Made by a program: the position numbers and the translations under genes
Part shown: positions 17,075 to 26,967 of the stretch, piece by piece
Numbering within the stretch: position 1 is the stretch's first letter
Layout: each line of letters starts with the position of its first letter
Virus record (IMG/VR): IMGVR_UViG_3300005512_000250
Coordinates: 1-28,395 of that record
DNA from: a virus
Taxonomy: Duplodnaviria; Caudoviricetes
DNA length: 28,395 nucleotides
Direction: 5' to 3' (one strand)
The notes under the pieces: generated by a model
Told to the model about the DNA's origin: nothing
Seen by the model: only the letters and a program-made list of their open reading frames with translations
Databases searched by the model: none

Positions 17075-19617
17075 TGGCGAATGGTATTTATCAGCGTAGC
17101 TTGTTTGGGGGGAACGCGCCCCCGCCGCCGAGTTCGGTGGGCGTAGGCATCACCAGTGGGTTAGAAGCCCCGATGATGGACCCTATGGCAACCCCCGTAC
17201 AAGACCCGCAACAGCAATTATTTGACCGTGCAGAAGGCGAAGCAGGTATGTCAACTGCCGCAGGCTTGCAAGCGGCGGCCGAATCTATGCAGGAGCTCTA
17301 TGGCGAACTGGACAACGCGGAAAGCATCGAAGAGGTTATTAACTCACTGCGAGGCGATGAACAGCCAATGTCCGCCCGCTACAGCGAACTGGCTGAGATG
17401 GTTGGTGAGGCCGATGCAAAGAAGACACCGGAGTCGGTCCTAGCGTTGTTGCAACCCACCTTCCAGATTATGGAAGTCATGCAACAAAACGTTCCAGAAG
17501 GTGGCATTGCCAATGCCCCGATGATGATGGGGGGTGGCGAGCAGGCCGCCGAGGATTTTAGCGGGGCCTCTTCTGTGCAAGCGCCTCGGTCAGAAGAGGC
17601 CATGCTCCGCATCGCCATGGGCGAACAGCCCGTTATGCGCCAAGACGGCTCCCCGCCTACTGGTGAGGTGGTTCCGTTTAGTGGACCAATGCTCACTGGT
17701 CCTGCCAGCACTCCGTCAAACACGGGGTTTAGGTTTACTGGGACTACCGTGCCGACCCTGCAAGGTCTTCCTAACATGAACACCGCGCAGAATGTAATGA
17801 CTGATTACATGAACCTAATCAGCCCTTACCTGCAAGGTGTGGGTGGCGGCAGTGATGCCAACAGTTTGATTGATTACCGTTTGGGCGCGCTGGACCCGTA
17901 TATGGTTCAGCCCCGCACCCGTGAAGAAATCCTTGCCGACCAGCAAGCGTTCTTTGGCGATGCGGACACGAACGATGCCCAAGTGCAGGCGCTACTCGCG
18001 CTCGCCAAATACGGTAGCCAAATTAGCCAGACTCCTGGAAGCCTCTTGCAAGCGTTGGTTAAGCCCGCAGGTGAGTTTGCCGCTGACCTCAGCAAAGTGG
18101 CGGCGCAAAAGGCCGCACAAGAGCGCCGCGCTAAGGAGTTTGCATACTCCACGGCGGAAAGCGAGCAGGCACAGCGCCGTAACGCAGAACTCCAAATTGC
18201 GATGGGTGCCATCAACCAAGCGGCAAGCGGAGCCAACAGCTTTGCTGAGGCGCGGTTGCGGGCGGCGTCAGAAGCCGCCAAGCTCGGCATTACCATGTCT
18301 GAGAACGAGCGCGATGCCGCTAACCGTTCGCTGGAATTGGCGTGGACCGCCAACAATCAGTACGGCGTCACGGGCACCGAGACGTTTATGAAGCCCAAAG
18401 AGGGTGGCGGGTTTGACATCATTGCAGTGCGCCGCACGGCAGATGGCCCACGGATGCTCCAAGACGGCAACCTTGTGCCGATTCCAGAGGGCTACTACCC
18501 CGCCGATGCTACGACGCTCCGTGCCGCTACGGCAAGCGGTGGGGTTGACTTTAGCGATGCAAGCCGCGTAGACCTGCTGGTACCTGACTCGCAGTCCAGA
18601 ACGGGCTTCCGCCAAGTTCCTGGGATCTACGCCAATGGCGCATACTTTGTCAGCCCAGATGGCAACCCACGCAACGCTACTCTTGCTCCCGCAGGGTTTA
18701 TCCAAGGTACGGAGAGCGATGTACTCAGTGTATCGCCCGCTGATTCCGTGGGTCGTGTATATGCAACCGTCACGGCAGGCCCGCTTGCAGGCCGCACGTT
18801 CCTCACTGCTATCAACAATCAGCCCGTTGGCGGCGTAGCGTTTGAGCTTGAAGAGCCTGTGTACGAAACCAATGCCGAAGGCCAGCGCACGCTTGTCCGT
18901 GGTAACCCAATGGTGGAAAACGTGGGCCGTTCGGGCGTGACCTTTGGTCAGCTCAGCCCACAGCAGGTGGAAAACGCACAGCGTAAGGTTTCCGATATGA
19001 CCGCCGCACTGGCGCAGGGTAACGATGTGCTTTCGGCCATTCCGCAGGCGGTTGGCCCGCTGAACAGCGTGCGGTCGTTCACGTCTAACGCTATTGCGGC
19101 CTTCGCCCCTGATTCGTGGGATGGCATGTTGGAATACGCGCAAACTGAGCGTGGTCGCCAGCAGATGTCGTTGTTTGGTCGTACATTGGCCCGCGCCGCC
19201 GCACTGTCCGACCGCTACGCCGTGGCAGAACAAACCTTGATTACGCAGTTGGCCGAAGACCCCGCAGGGTTCTTCCGTAACCCTGAGATGTCGGCAGTCC
19301 GTTTCCAAGAACTGCTCCGCACACTGCAAAACGAACTTAGCGAGAACCGTGCGCTCCTTGGCGACACCGATATCTTGCGCGTGCGCGAGGTTCCAACAGG
19401 CACGGCTAACGATCCGTTCTTGTACACCTCGCCCGGACATTTTGAATACCTGAGCATTGCCGCCGCCAACGGTGGTAACCTAGACGGCATGTACATGAGG
19501 ATGACCGCCAGCGAAGCACAACAGGCGGGCCTACCCGAAGACCTCTGGCGTGGTAAAGAGCCCGGAGAACTGGTAGACCTACGGTTGTCTAACCGCATGT
19601 TTGGAAGGGGGCAGTAA
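17074..19617 (+). CDS. Internal virion protein (847 aa)
   Basis: TAATG-coupled at both ends; low-complexity N-terminus and helical Ala/Gln-rich middle. Role inferred from position. Confidence 0.7.
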   Translation: MANGIYQRSLFGGNAPPPPSSVGVGITSGLEAPMMDPMATPVQDPQQQLFDRAEGEAGMSTAAGLQAAAESMQELYGELDNAESIEEVINSLRGDEQPMSARYSELAEMVGEADAKKTPESVLALLQPTFQIMEVMQQNVPEGGIANAPMMMGGGEQAAEDFSGASSVQAPRSEEAMLRIAMGEQPVMRQDGSPPTGEVVPFSGPMLTGPASTPSNTGFRFTGTTVPTLQGLPNMNTAQNVMTDYMNLISPYLQGVGGGSDANSLIDYRLGALDPYMVQPRTREEILADQQAFFGDADTNDAQVQALLALAKYGSQISQTPGSLLQALVKPAGEFAADLSKVAAQKAAQERRAKEFAYSTAESEQAQRRNAELQIAMGAINQAASGANSFAEARLRAASEAAKLGITMSENERDAANRSLELAWTANNQYGVTGTETFMKPKEGGGFDIIAVRRTADGPRMLQDGNLVPIPEGYYPADATTLRAATASGGVDFSDASRVDLLVPDSQSRTGFRQVPGIYANGAYFVSPDGNPRNATLAPAGFIQGTESDVLSVSPADSVGRVYATVTAGPLAGRTFLTAINNQPVGGVAFELEEPVYETNAEGQRTLVRGNPMVENVGRSGVTFGQLSPQQVENAQRKVSDMTAALAQGNDVLSAIPQAVGPLNSVRSFTSNAIAAFAPDSWDGMLEYAQTERGRQQMSLFGRTLARAAALSDRYAVAEQTLITQLAEDPAGFFRNPEMSAVRFQELLRTLQNELSENRALLGDTDILRVREVPTGTANDPFLYTSPGHFEYLSIAAANGGNLDGMYMRMTASEAQQAGLPEDLWRGKEPGELVDLRLSNRMFGRGQ

Positions 19618-22600
19618 TGGCAGATCCTAACGCACCAAGCGGAGGCTTCACGCTTCGCCCCCCTAGCCAGCAGATGATTGATCAGCGCCTGAACGAACAA
19701 CGGTTCGGGGCTGGTCGTGCTGGTAGCTTGCCGTTTGACCCCCGCACACAGGACCAACGTGGCCCTGATGCTGGCCCACCGCCCATGGCTCCCATTACCA
19801 TGGAAGCCGCAGCTCAGCCTAGCCGTGTAACGGGCCGCTTTGAAGACCTCACGCCTGATCAACAGCGTGCGTTCAGTGACCCTAACCTCGCCCAACGTGC
19901 GGTTGGTGGGGTCAACCAGTTTGTAGCCGACAGTGGGCTGGGTGCGTTATCCCGTGGCTTTAACGACATCATTCTGGCCTTGCCCGACATGGCGATCAAC
20001 GCCATTGCAAGCGGGCTGGAGAGCGCAGGCATTGTGGAAGAAGGTGCAGTTGACCGTAACTTCCTCAACCGCGTGTTTAACAGTAGTGACTACCGCACTC
20101 AGCGCGTCATTATCCCGTATGTGCTCAACTACGGCGTAGACGACTACATTGGTCAAACCGAAGCCGAAGGCAACTTTGACCAGTATATGCGTGCTGGTGG
20201 TCAGGGTGTGGCGCTTGCCGCACCGTTTATCGGGGCTTCTGCCCGTGGCGCTCAGCTTACCGCCGCCGCACCTAACGTAATCAACGCGGCTGGTCAGCGT
20301 GTACTGCCCGCCAATGCTAGCACGACACAGCGCGTGGTAGAGCAAATGATTGCCCCCTACCGCAGTGCTCCTGCCGCAACCGCAGGACTGGAAGCAGGCT
20401 TGGGCGCGGTATCGGCCATGGGCGTGCAAGCCGAACAAGACCTCTTTGGCACCACTACAGGGATTGGTGGTCTACTGCCCTTGGCTCCCGTTGCACTGTA
20501 TTACGGCGGCAAGACTGCCCTTACCCGAGGCCCCGTTGGCCGTGGCGTCAACTGGGTTGGCGACCGCGTAGGCGGTGTAGTAGATGAGGCCCGCGTTACC
20601 GCAGGCACAGCACCCGCAGGGGAAGGCCCTCGTGGTGCCGCCGCCCGTGGTCAGCTAGGCGAGGCTATCACCCAAGCGGTGGAAACGCCCCAAGGGCAGG
20701 CCAACATCGCCCGTGCGGCAGAAATCGAAAGCCGCCTGAGCCCATACGCCGACCAACCCGTATCCCTTACCCCCGCTGAGCGGACCATGGACGTTCCGTT
20801 GCTGGAAACGCAACGCCGTGCCGAGGCTACAGGTAGCCCTGAGTTTACGCGGCAAAACGCCGACCGTAAGACCAATGCGCTGACCGCGATTGAGCGCTTC
20901 CGCGAAGGCGAACTTACAGGCAACCCGCTTGTGGATGCCCCGCTCTACATCTTGGATGAGGCTACAGGCCAGTACCGCCTGACCATTGCCCCTATTGATG
21001 AGGGCCTAGATGACGTCACGTTCCAGCTCAGCCGTTTGGCCGATGCCGATACGGGTGCGTATCCACGCCTGAGTGATCGCCGCCCCGTTGGACAAACCAT
21101 CCGTGAAACGGTGGTCAACGCGCACCGCGCCGCTATGGAACAAGCGCGGACCATGGCTAACAGGCTCAATATCAACAACGCCGACCAGCTTGCCAGCCGT
21201 GATGCTACGGCAACGGCGCGGCAGTCGGTACGCGATTTGTTGCTCACCCGCCAAGGTGAGGAAGCCTTGAGCTACGAGGGCTTGCCCCGTTTGGTGCGGC
21301 AGTTTGTGGAAAGTGATTTGGACCGCATTAGCTTCCAAGACTGGAAGTCTTTCCGCGACCAAGTGAGCCAAGAAATCGGCCGAGCTATTGCGCTCAAGCG
21401 CGGCTCAGACACCCGTGCCCTAACGGTGCTGGCGGAGCAACTGGACGACATGGCATCGGCCTACGGACGCACCAGCCAGAAGTTTGAAGATTACCGCCAG
21501 TGGTATCAGGCAAACGTGGTCCAGCCGTTTGAGCGCAGTGGCGTGATTGCCATTACTGCTCGCGGTCAGGGCGGTACCAAAGCTCAACCCGTGTACTACC
21601 TGCCTGATGAGCGGGTGGCGCAAACCTTCTTGGAAAACAGCGACACTGCACGGCAGTTCATGGCCCTGTTTGGCGACAACCCCGAGCGCATTGCCGACAT
21701 GCGGGCAGTGGTGCTGGACCAAATCCGCGACCGCGCATACGACTCGGCCCGTGGTACGTTCCGCCCCAATGCCATCAACACCTACATGAACCGCAACCGC
21801 GAAGTGTTGCAGAACCTCGGTTTGTATGACGAGCTCAGCAATACGCAAGGCTTGCTCACTGCACAGCTAGAGCGCCAAGCCGAACTGACTGCGCGCCGCC
21901 GTGCCATCAACCAAAACCAGTTGTTCCGTGCTATTGCCAGTGCTGAGGGCCGTAATGACCCCGAGCGGTTGCTGGACGAAGCCCTGCGGAACCCTGCGCT
22001 GATGCGCGACCTGCGGCAAAGCGTAACCCGTCCCGGACCTACACAGGTGCGGGCAGACTTGGGTATTAGCGCCGACGATGCCGCCGAGGCCTTCCGTGCC
22101 GCCGTTACCCAACGACTGTTTGCCAACGCGCCCGATGCCATGGCAAACCCTGCATCTTTCAAGGAGTTCCTTGTGCGTAACGAGCGCGTGTTGGACGCCG
22201 CGTTTGATCGTTCGCATATTGACAATATGTACCTCGTGGCTGACGCCGCTGAGCGCGTATTGGCAACAGGCATGCCCGTGGGCAAGGGCGTCATGCCTGA
22301 GGACATAATTACGCGGCTCACCAACCGTTTGGGCACCACCCCTGCGGGTATCAGCAACCGCTTTATCGCCGTTCAGGAAGGCCGCTTAGGTCCCAAGGCG
22401 GCGATCGGTTATGTGCTCAGCCGTGCCATCCGCCAGCAAAGCAGTGCGCGAGCAGATGCTTTGTTCCGCGAGATGATGTTTAACCCCGACCTTGCCCGCA
22501 CGTTGACTACGGAAGGCCCCTCGCCGCTTTCCGTCAGCGAGCCTATTGGGCGCAGAATCAATGCGTATATGTTCAACGTAGGTGTTGATTATGGCGAAGG

Positions 22601-22928
22601 TATGGAGGCAGGCCCGCCTGCACCGCCCATCCAAATTGAAATGCAACCTGCACTGCCCGACCAAGGTAGTGTCACGCCGCCCGCTCCGCCGATTGGTGGT
22701 AGCGGTACTCAAACTGCTCAGGCGACTCCGCCAGTGGCTCCGACCCCTGCTCCAGTAACGCCTGCACAGATTGCCCCACCTGCAATGCCTCCCGCCTCGG
22801 GTGCTACGACGGGTGCAACCACTCCAGCAGTGAGTGCATCACAGCTATTCCCATTTGACCCAACGCTTGCCGCCATTGAACAACGGCGCACGGCCCAAGG
22901 TCAGGGAATTATGTCTTTAGGTCAGTAG
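19617..22928 (+). CDS. Large internal virion / ejection protein (1103 aa)
   Basis: Gly-rich hydrophobic segments in the N-terminal third, helical body, Pro-rich tail and 'FPFDP...GIMSL' end. Last large gene of the structural module. Confidence 0.7.
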   Translation: MADPNAPSGGFTLRPPSQQMIDQRLNEQRFGAGRAGSLPFDPRTQDQRGPDAGPPPMAPITMEAAAQPSRVTGRFEDLTPDQQRAFSDPNLAQRAVGGVNQFVADSGLGALSRGFNDIILALPDMAINAIASGLESAGIVEEGAVDRNFLNRVFNSSDYRTQRVIIPYVLNYGVDDYIGQTEAEGNFDQYMRAGGQGVALAAPFIGASARGAQLTAAAPNVINAAGQRVLPANASTTQRVVEQMIAPYRSAPAATAGLEAGLGAVSAMGVQAEQDLFGTTTGIGGLLPLAPVALYYGGKTALTRGPVGRGVNWVGDRVGGVVDEARVTAGTAPAGEGPRGAAARGQLGEAITQAVETPQGQANIARAAEIESRLSPYADQPVSLTPAERTMDVPLLETQRRAEATGSPEFTRQNADRKTNALTAIERFREGELTGNPLVDAPLYILDEATGQYRLTIAPIDEGLDDVTFQLSRLADADTGAYPRLSDRRPVGQTIRETVVNAHRAAMEQARTMANRLNINNADQLASRDATATARQSVRDLLLTRQGEEALSYEGLPRLVRQFVESDLDRISFQDWKSFRDQVSQEIGRAIALKRGSDTRALTVLAEQLDDMASAYGRTSQKFEDYRQWYQANVVQPFERSGVIAITARGQGGTKAQPVYYLPDERVAQTFLENSDTARQFMALFGDNPERIADMRAVVLDQIRDRAYDSARGTFRPNAINTYMNRNREVLQNLGLYDELSNTQGLLTAQLERQAELTARRRAINQNQLFRAIASAEGRNDPERLLDEALRNPALMRDLRQSVTRPGPTQVRADLGISADDAAEAFRAAVTQRLFANAPDAMANPASFKEFLVRNERVLDAAFDRSHIDNMYLVADAAERVLATGMPVGKGVMPEDIITRLTNRLGTTPAGISNRFIAVQEGRLGPKAAIGYVLSRAIRQQSSARADALFREMMFNPDLARTLTTEGPSPLSVSEPIGRRINAYMFNVGVDYGEGMEAGPPAPPIQIEMQPALPDQGSVTPPAPPIGGSGTQTAQATPPVAPTPAPVTPAQIAPPAMPPASGATTGATTPAVSASQLFPFDPTLAAIEQRRTAQGQGIMSLGQ

Positions 22929-22947
22929 CTATGAGGACAGGTATGCA

Positions 22948-23436
22948 ATGGACCCCATCACCGCATTAGCGGCGGCGACTTCTGCATTTAACCTTATCAA
23001 GAAAGGGTTTGAAGTTGGCCGCGATTTAGAGTCGATGGCTGGCGACATTGGGCGTTGGATGACTGCCGTAGGGCATATCCGCAACGCAGAAGAAGCCGCG
23101 AAAAACCCCCCGCTGTTCAAAAAGATTGTGCATGGCAAGTCCGTAGAGGAAGAGGCCATGAACGCTTTTATGGCGAAAAAGAAAGCGCAGGACATGCGCG
23201 ACCAGCTACGGGAGATCATTATCTACACCCGTGGCATGGATGCTTGGCAGGAGTTGTTGCAAATGGAGATTGATATCCGTAAGCAACGCGCCCAAGCGGA
23301 AGTGAACCAGAAGAAAGCCCGAGCCAGCTTTTTTGAAAACCTGATGTTATCAGGAGCAACGGTTGCTGTAATTGGGTTGCTTATTTTCCTCGGTTGGCTC
23401 TTTTACAAGGGTTTGAAGGCTAAGGGGGCGGTATAG
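22948..23436 (+). CDS. Membrane-anchored coiled-coil phage protein (162 aa)
   Basis: 'MDPITALAAATSAF..IKKG...GRDLESM' N-terminus, coiled coil, then a C-terminal hydrophobic helix (ATVAVIGLLIFLGWLFY). Confidence 0.75.
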   Translation: MDPITALAAATSAFNLIKKGFEVGRDLESMAGDIGRWMTAVGHIRNAEEAAKNPPLFKKIVHGKSVEEEAMNAFMAKKKAQDMRDQLREIIIYTRGMDAWQELLQMEIDIRKQRAQAEVNQKKARASFFENLMLSGATVAVIGLLIFLGWLFYKGLKAKGAV

Positions 23437-23444
23437 GTAGATCA

Positions 23445-24884
23445 CTAGATGATCCACTCTTTGTGCCCTTCTGCCAGTACGCGGGTGCTAATGTCGATTT
23501 TATCGCGCAGGGCGCGTAGCACTTTCTCATCTACAGTGCCTTCGGCCACGATGTCGATGTACGTCACCTTGTTGGTTTGGCCTATGCGGTGAGCGCGGTC
23601 CTCGCTTTGCAGGCGTACCTCTAGGTCGTAGCCGTTGCTGTAGTAGATCACTGTATGAGCTTCTGTTAGTGTAAGACCGTAGCCCCCAGTGCGCGGCTGA
23701 CCAACAAAGAACCGCAGTGGGTGGTCGGGGTCTTGGAAGCGTTCGACAATGAGCTGGCGTTCCTCGCCCGGAGTGTCACCGTAAAACAGTTCAACGCTTT
23801 GCTCGCCGTATTCCTTTTTCAGTGCGTCGCGAATGATGTGCAGGTCGTGGGTGAAGTTACCCCAGATGATTACCTTGCCGTCGACCTCCTCCAGCGCAGA
23901 CATCAACTCGCTGAGCTTGTTGCTCGGTACCTGTACCATTCGCCCATCTTCCAGCTTTGCAAAGCCTGAGCAGACCTGTTGGAGCCGCAGGATCTGGGTT
24001 AATACAGTGGGGGCCGAAATTAACCCCTCGCCTTCGATAATGGCTAGGGCATTGCGGCGCATCTGCTCGTACAGCTTGCGTTGCTCGGGGGTGAGTTCCA
24101 CATTGCGGCGGGTGTACACCTTGTCGGGCAGGTCGAGGCAGTCCTCTTTACGCACGCGGAAGCTAAACGGCTCGATGATATCGTTCAGTTCGTCAAGGTT
24201 TTGGTACCCAACGATCTGGTTGAAGCTATGCGCGCCCATCGTGCGGCGGACCATCTTGGCGTAGCGGTTCTGGAACGTCCAAAAGCTAGCGTGCCCAAGC
24301 ACATGGTGGTCTAAAAACTCGCACTGCGTAAACAGGTCAAGCGGCGATTTGGTTACAGGTGACCCCGTAAGAATCCGCCTGTACGCGGCTTGCTTGCCCA
24401 GCTTGATCAGGTTCTTGGTGCGCTGTGCGCCTTTGCTCTTGATGGTGGTGCTTTCATCCACTGCAAGCATTGCGCGGTGCGTGAACAGGAACTTGTCGGC
24501 GGCTTCGTAGCCACGTTTGGTGGACAACGCCTCAACGTTCATTAAGAAGATCTGCAGATCGTCGGACACGGTTTGCAGTGTGTCGAGCTCTTTCTTCTTT
24601 TTCTGCGTTTGCTCTGGTGACCATGTAACGATGTTCGCCTTTATGTGGTCGGGCAGGTGCGTGGGCAGTTCCTTGCGTTCCCAGTTACGGTAGACGCCCT
24701 TGGGTGCAATGATCAGCGCGCTGTCGACCTCGCCTTTGTCATACAGCATGGCAAGGGTGTCGATTAGCACCTTGGACTTGCCCGTACCCATGTCCATGAA
24801 CAGGGCGAAGTAGGGCTTGTCCCACGATTTTTTGAGTGCCTCGAGCTGGTGCTCGTAGGGCTTGAACTTGAATTTGTATCGCAT
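23445..24884 (-). CDS. SNF2-family (SF2) DNA helicase/ATPase
   Basis: Motif I MDMGTGKS, II VDEST, III LTGSP, V GGYGLTL, VI QSEDRAHRIGQ. AGAAAGAGG upstream. Confidence 0.93.
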   Translation of the reverse strand: MRYKFKFKPYEHQLEALKKSWDKPYFALFMDMGTGKSKVLIDTLAMLYDKGEVDSALIIAPKGVYRNWERKELPTHLPDHIKANIVTWSPEQTQKKKKELDTLQTVSDDLQIFLMNVEALSTKRGYEAADKFLFTHRAMLAVDESTTIKSKGAQRTKNLIKLGKQAAYRRILTGSPVTKSPLDLFTQCEFLDHHVLGHASFWTFQNRYAKMVRRTMGAHSFNQIVGYQNLDELNDIIEPFSFRVRKEDCLDLPDKVYTRRNVELTPEQRKLYEQMRRNALAIIEGEGLISAPTVLTQILRLQQVCSGFAKLEDGRMVQVPSNKLSELMSALEEVDGKVIIWGNFTHDLHIIRDALKKEYGEQSVELFYGDTPGEERQLIVERFQDPDHPLRFFVGQPRTGGYGLTLTEAHTVIYYSNGYDLEVRLQSEDRAHRIGQTNKVTYIDIVAEGTVDEKVLRALRDKIDISTRVLAEGHKEWII

Positions 24885-24912
24885 AACGGCCTCTTTCTAC
24901 TGGCAGGCCCCT

Positions 24913-24941
24913 ATTCTAATGTGGGGGCAAAATTATGACAA
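24913..24941 (-). promoter_or_regulatory. Sigma70-like promoter for the helicase
   Basis: Minus strand reads TTGTCA (24941-36), 17 bp, TAGAAT (24918-13); the -10 ends 28 bp before the ATG. Confidence 0.75.
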
Positions 24942-25154
24942 GCGTCAATTTGTCGGCCACTTTGCTATATAGGACCAAAATACGGATGCAGTAAAAAACT
25001 GTTTTTAACTTTTTCCGATATACACTATACAATATCTCGTAACTTTCGTGTACGCGCGACCCAAAACGACTAAATTTGAAAAGTCGTGCATTTGCTTTTG
25101 TGGCCTAATAAGCAAAGTAGCGTATAGCGGTATATCGGAGGTATCCGGAGCAAA

Positions 25155-25188
25155 TTGGACTTTGCCGTGTTCCAATATATGCTATAAA
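25155..25188 (+). promoter_or_regulatory. Sigma70-like promoter for the replication operon
   Basis: TTGGAC (25155-60), 17 bp, TATGCT (25178-83), with an overlapping extended -10 TGcTATAAA (25180-88). Confidence 0.6.
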
Positions 25189-25213
25189 TGAACTTACACA
25201 TGTGGAGAAAGGC

Positions 25214-25543
25214 ATGACCGTTTACATAACCCAAGAAATGCGAGGCCGTGACATCACTGATGCCACAGCCTTTGGCGAACTAGAAATACTGCTTCCCGCA
25301 GAGGAGCAGACCAGCTACAGCACGCAACCAACCGTTAGGCGGATGGCACGCAAGCTCAGCAAGTTCACAGATGACGACTACCTGTTACTGGCGGGGGACC
25401 CTGCGGCTATTGCTATAGCGGCGGCTATTGCCAGTCGCTACAACGCAGGCAAGTTCAAACTGTTGAAGTGGGACAGGCAGGAAGCCAAATACTTCCCCTT
25501 GTCCGTAGACCTTAACCACCGTCCAGGAGGCACCCATGGTTGA
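25214..25543 (+). CDS. Hypothetical phage early protein (109 aa, alpha/beta)
   Basis: ATG 25214 after GGAGAAAGG. 'DYLLLAGDP...LKWDRQ...Y' motif; function unknown. Confidence 0.75.
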   Translation: MTVYITQEMRGRDITDATAFGELEILLPAEEQTSYSTQPTVRRMARKLSKFTDDDYLLLAGDPAAIAIAAAIASRYNAGKFKLLKWDRQEAKYFPLSVDLNHRPGGTHG

Positions 25544-26090
25544 CTTTGAAAGTGCGGCGCAAGAACTTAGCGCCGTAGACGAGAGCGGCTTGTCCACTGT
25601 AAGCAAGCTCGCAAAAACCCAACTGCTCATCGAGCGGCGTATCGAGGACCTTGAAGCTGAGCTCAAGCAAGCCAAGCAAGACCACCGCGCCATTGCCGAG
25701 GACCAGTTACCTGCCGCTATGGCAGAGCACAACATCACCGAACTGAAGCTGGAAGATGGCTCTAGCATCAGCGTAGGAAAGTTCTATAGTGCTTCAATAC
25801 CGAAAGAGAGGGCGGAGGAAGCCTTTAGATGGCTTGTTGACAACGGCTACGGAGACCTGATCAAGAACCAAGTTGCTACCAACTTTGTTCGCGGGCAGGA
25901 GGAACAAGCCGAACAGTTTGCAAGCGAGCTGGCCGACAGGGGCATGCCTGTAAATACAAAAAAGTGGGTAGAGCCCATGACCCTGAAGGCTTTTGTAAAG
26001 GACCAAACAGAACAAGGGACCAACATCCCCGCAGACCTGTTTGGATTGTTCATCGGCGAAAAAGCCAAAATCACCACACCTAAGAGGTAA
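25536..26090 (+). CDS. Phage replication-module protein (N-terminal coiled coil, 184 aa)
   Basis: AGGAGG RBS. 'AF.WL..NG.GDLIKN...V.P.TLKAFVK' family typically found next to SSB-like genes. Confidence 0.75.
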   Translation: MVDFESAAQELSAVDESGLSTVSKLAKTQLLIERRIEDLEAELKQAKQDHRAIAEDQLPAAMAEHNITELKLEDGSSISVGKFYSASIPKERAEEAFRWLVDNGYGDLIKNQVATNFVRGQEEQAEQFASELADRGMPVNTKKWVEPMTLKAFVKDQTEQGTNIPADLFGLFIGEKAKITTPKR

Positions 26091-26096
26091 GAAACC

Positions 26097-26930
26097 ATGA
26101 CAGCAACTAAGCAGAAAGCCACCGAAGTGGCAGTGAAAAAGGACTCCGCCCTTGCAGTATACGAGGGCTTTGAGGACTTCAGCGGCGCAGGCTTTAGCGA
26201 GGTTACCACCGAGGACCTTGCTATCCCATTCCTGCGGATCTTGGCGCAACTCAGCCCGCAGGTCAACAAACGCGATGGCGCGTATGTAACAGGGGCCGAG
26301 GCAGGGCAGATCTTTAATACCGTGTTGAACGAAGTGTACGATGGCGAGGAGGGCATTCTTGTAATCCCCTGCCACTACAACCGTCGCTTTGTAGAGTGGA
26401 CGCCGCGCGAAAAGGGTGGCGGCTATGTGCAGTCGTACGACCCAACCGACCCCATTGTAAACACCACCACCCGCGATGACCGTGGGCAGGACGTGCTACC
26501 CAATGGCAACTATCTGTCCAACACGGCGCAGTTCTTCGTGCTTATGCTCCACCCCGAGCTGGGCGCACAACGCGCACTCATTACCATGACCAGCACTCAG
26601 CTGAAAAAGGCCCGTAAGTGGCTGACGCAGGCACAGTCGTTGACTGCCAAGGGCAAGAACGGCGTGTACATCCTGCCGCTGATGTCGCAGGTCTACCGCC
26701 TGACCACCACCCAAGAGCAGAACGACAAAGGTACTTGGTTCGGGTGGGAAGTTGCCCGCGAGCGTGGCCTTAACCCCCAAGACGAGGAAGATGGCTACCT
26801 GTTTGACATGGGTGTGGCCTTTGCCAAGTCGGTTAAGGCGGGCGAGGTGCAGGTGAAAGAAGACAAATCTGCTGGCACAAACTTCGATGCAGAAACGGGT
26901 GAAATACTTGACGACGATGGCGTCATGTAA
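26097..26930 (+). CDS. Putative single-stranded DNA-binding protein
   Basis: 277 aa. 'EDLAIPFL.ILAQLSPQV' and 'NDKGTWFGW', acidic C-terminal tail (ETGEILDDDGVM), upstream of the primase. The SSB call is inference. Confidence 0.6.
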   Translation: MTATKQKATEVAVKKDSALAVYEGFEDFSGAGFSEVTTEDLAIPFLRILAQLSPQVNKRDGAYVTGAEAGQIFNTVLNEVYDGEEGILVIPCHYNRRFVEWTPREKGGGYVQSYDPTDPIVNTTTRDDRGQDVLPNGNYLSNTAQFFVLMLHPELGAQRALITMTSTQLKKARKWLTQAQSLTAKGKNGVYILPLMSQVYRLTTTQEQNDKGTWFGWEVARERGLNPQDEEDGYLFDMGVAFAKSVKAGEVQVKEDKSAGTNFDAETGEILDDDGVM

Positions 26931-26967
26931 CCGAACAGTCCGTAGGGGTTGATCGCCCTACGACTGC

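Noticed and set aside
18268-19440. 390-aa minus-strand ORF, and many other antisense or alternate-frame ORFs such as 3890-4744, 6465-7160 and 15018-16058
   Set aside because: They lie wholly over well-supported coupled genes, have no recognisable motifs, and are expected shadows of GC-rich codon usage.
23437-23444. Expected bidirectional terminator between the convergent structural module and helicase
   Set aside because: The gap is only 8 bp and no convincing hairpin with a U-tract was found.
23445-24884. Intein or intron in the helicase
   Set aside because: At 479 aa with normally spaced motifs there is no room for an insertion, and no splicing motifs were seen.
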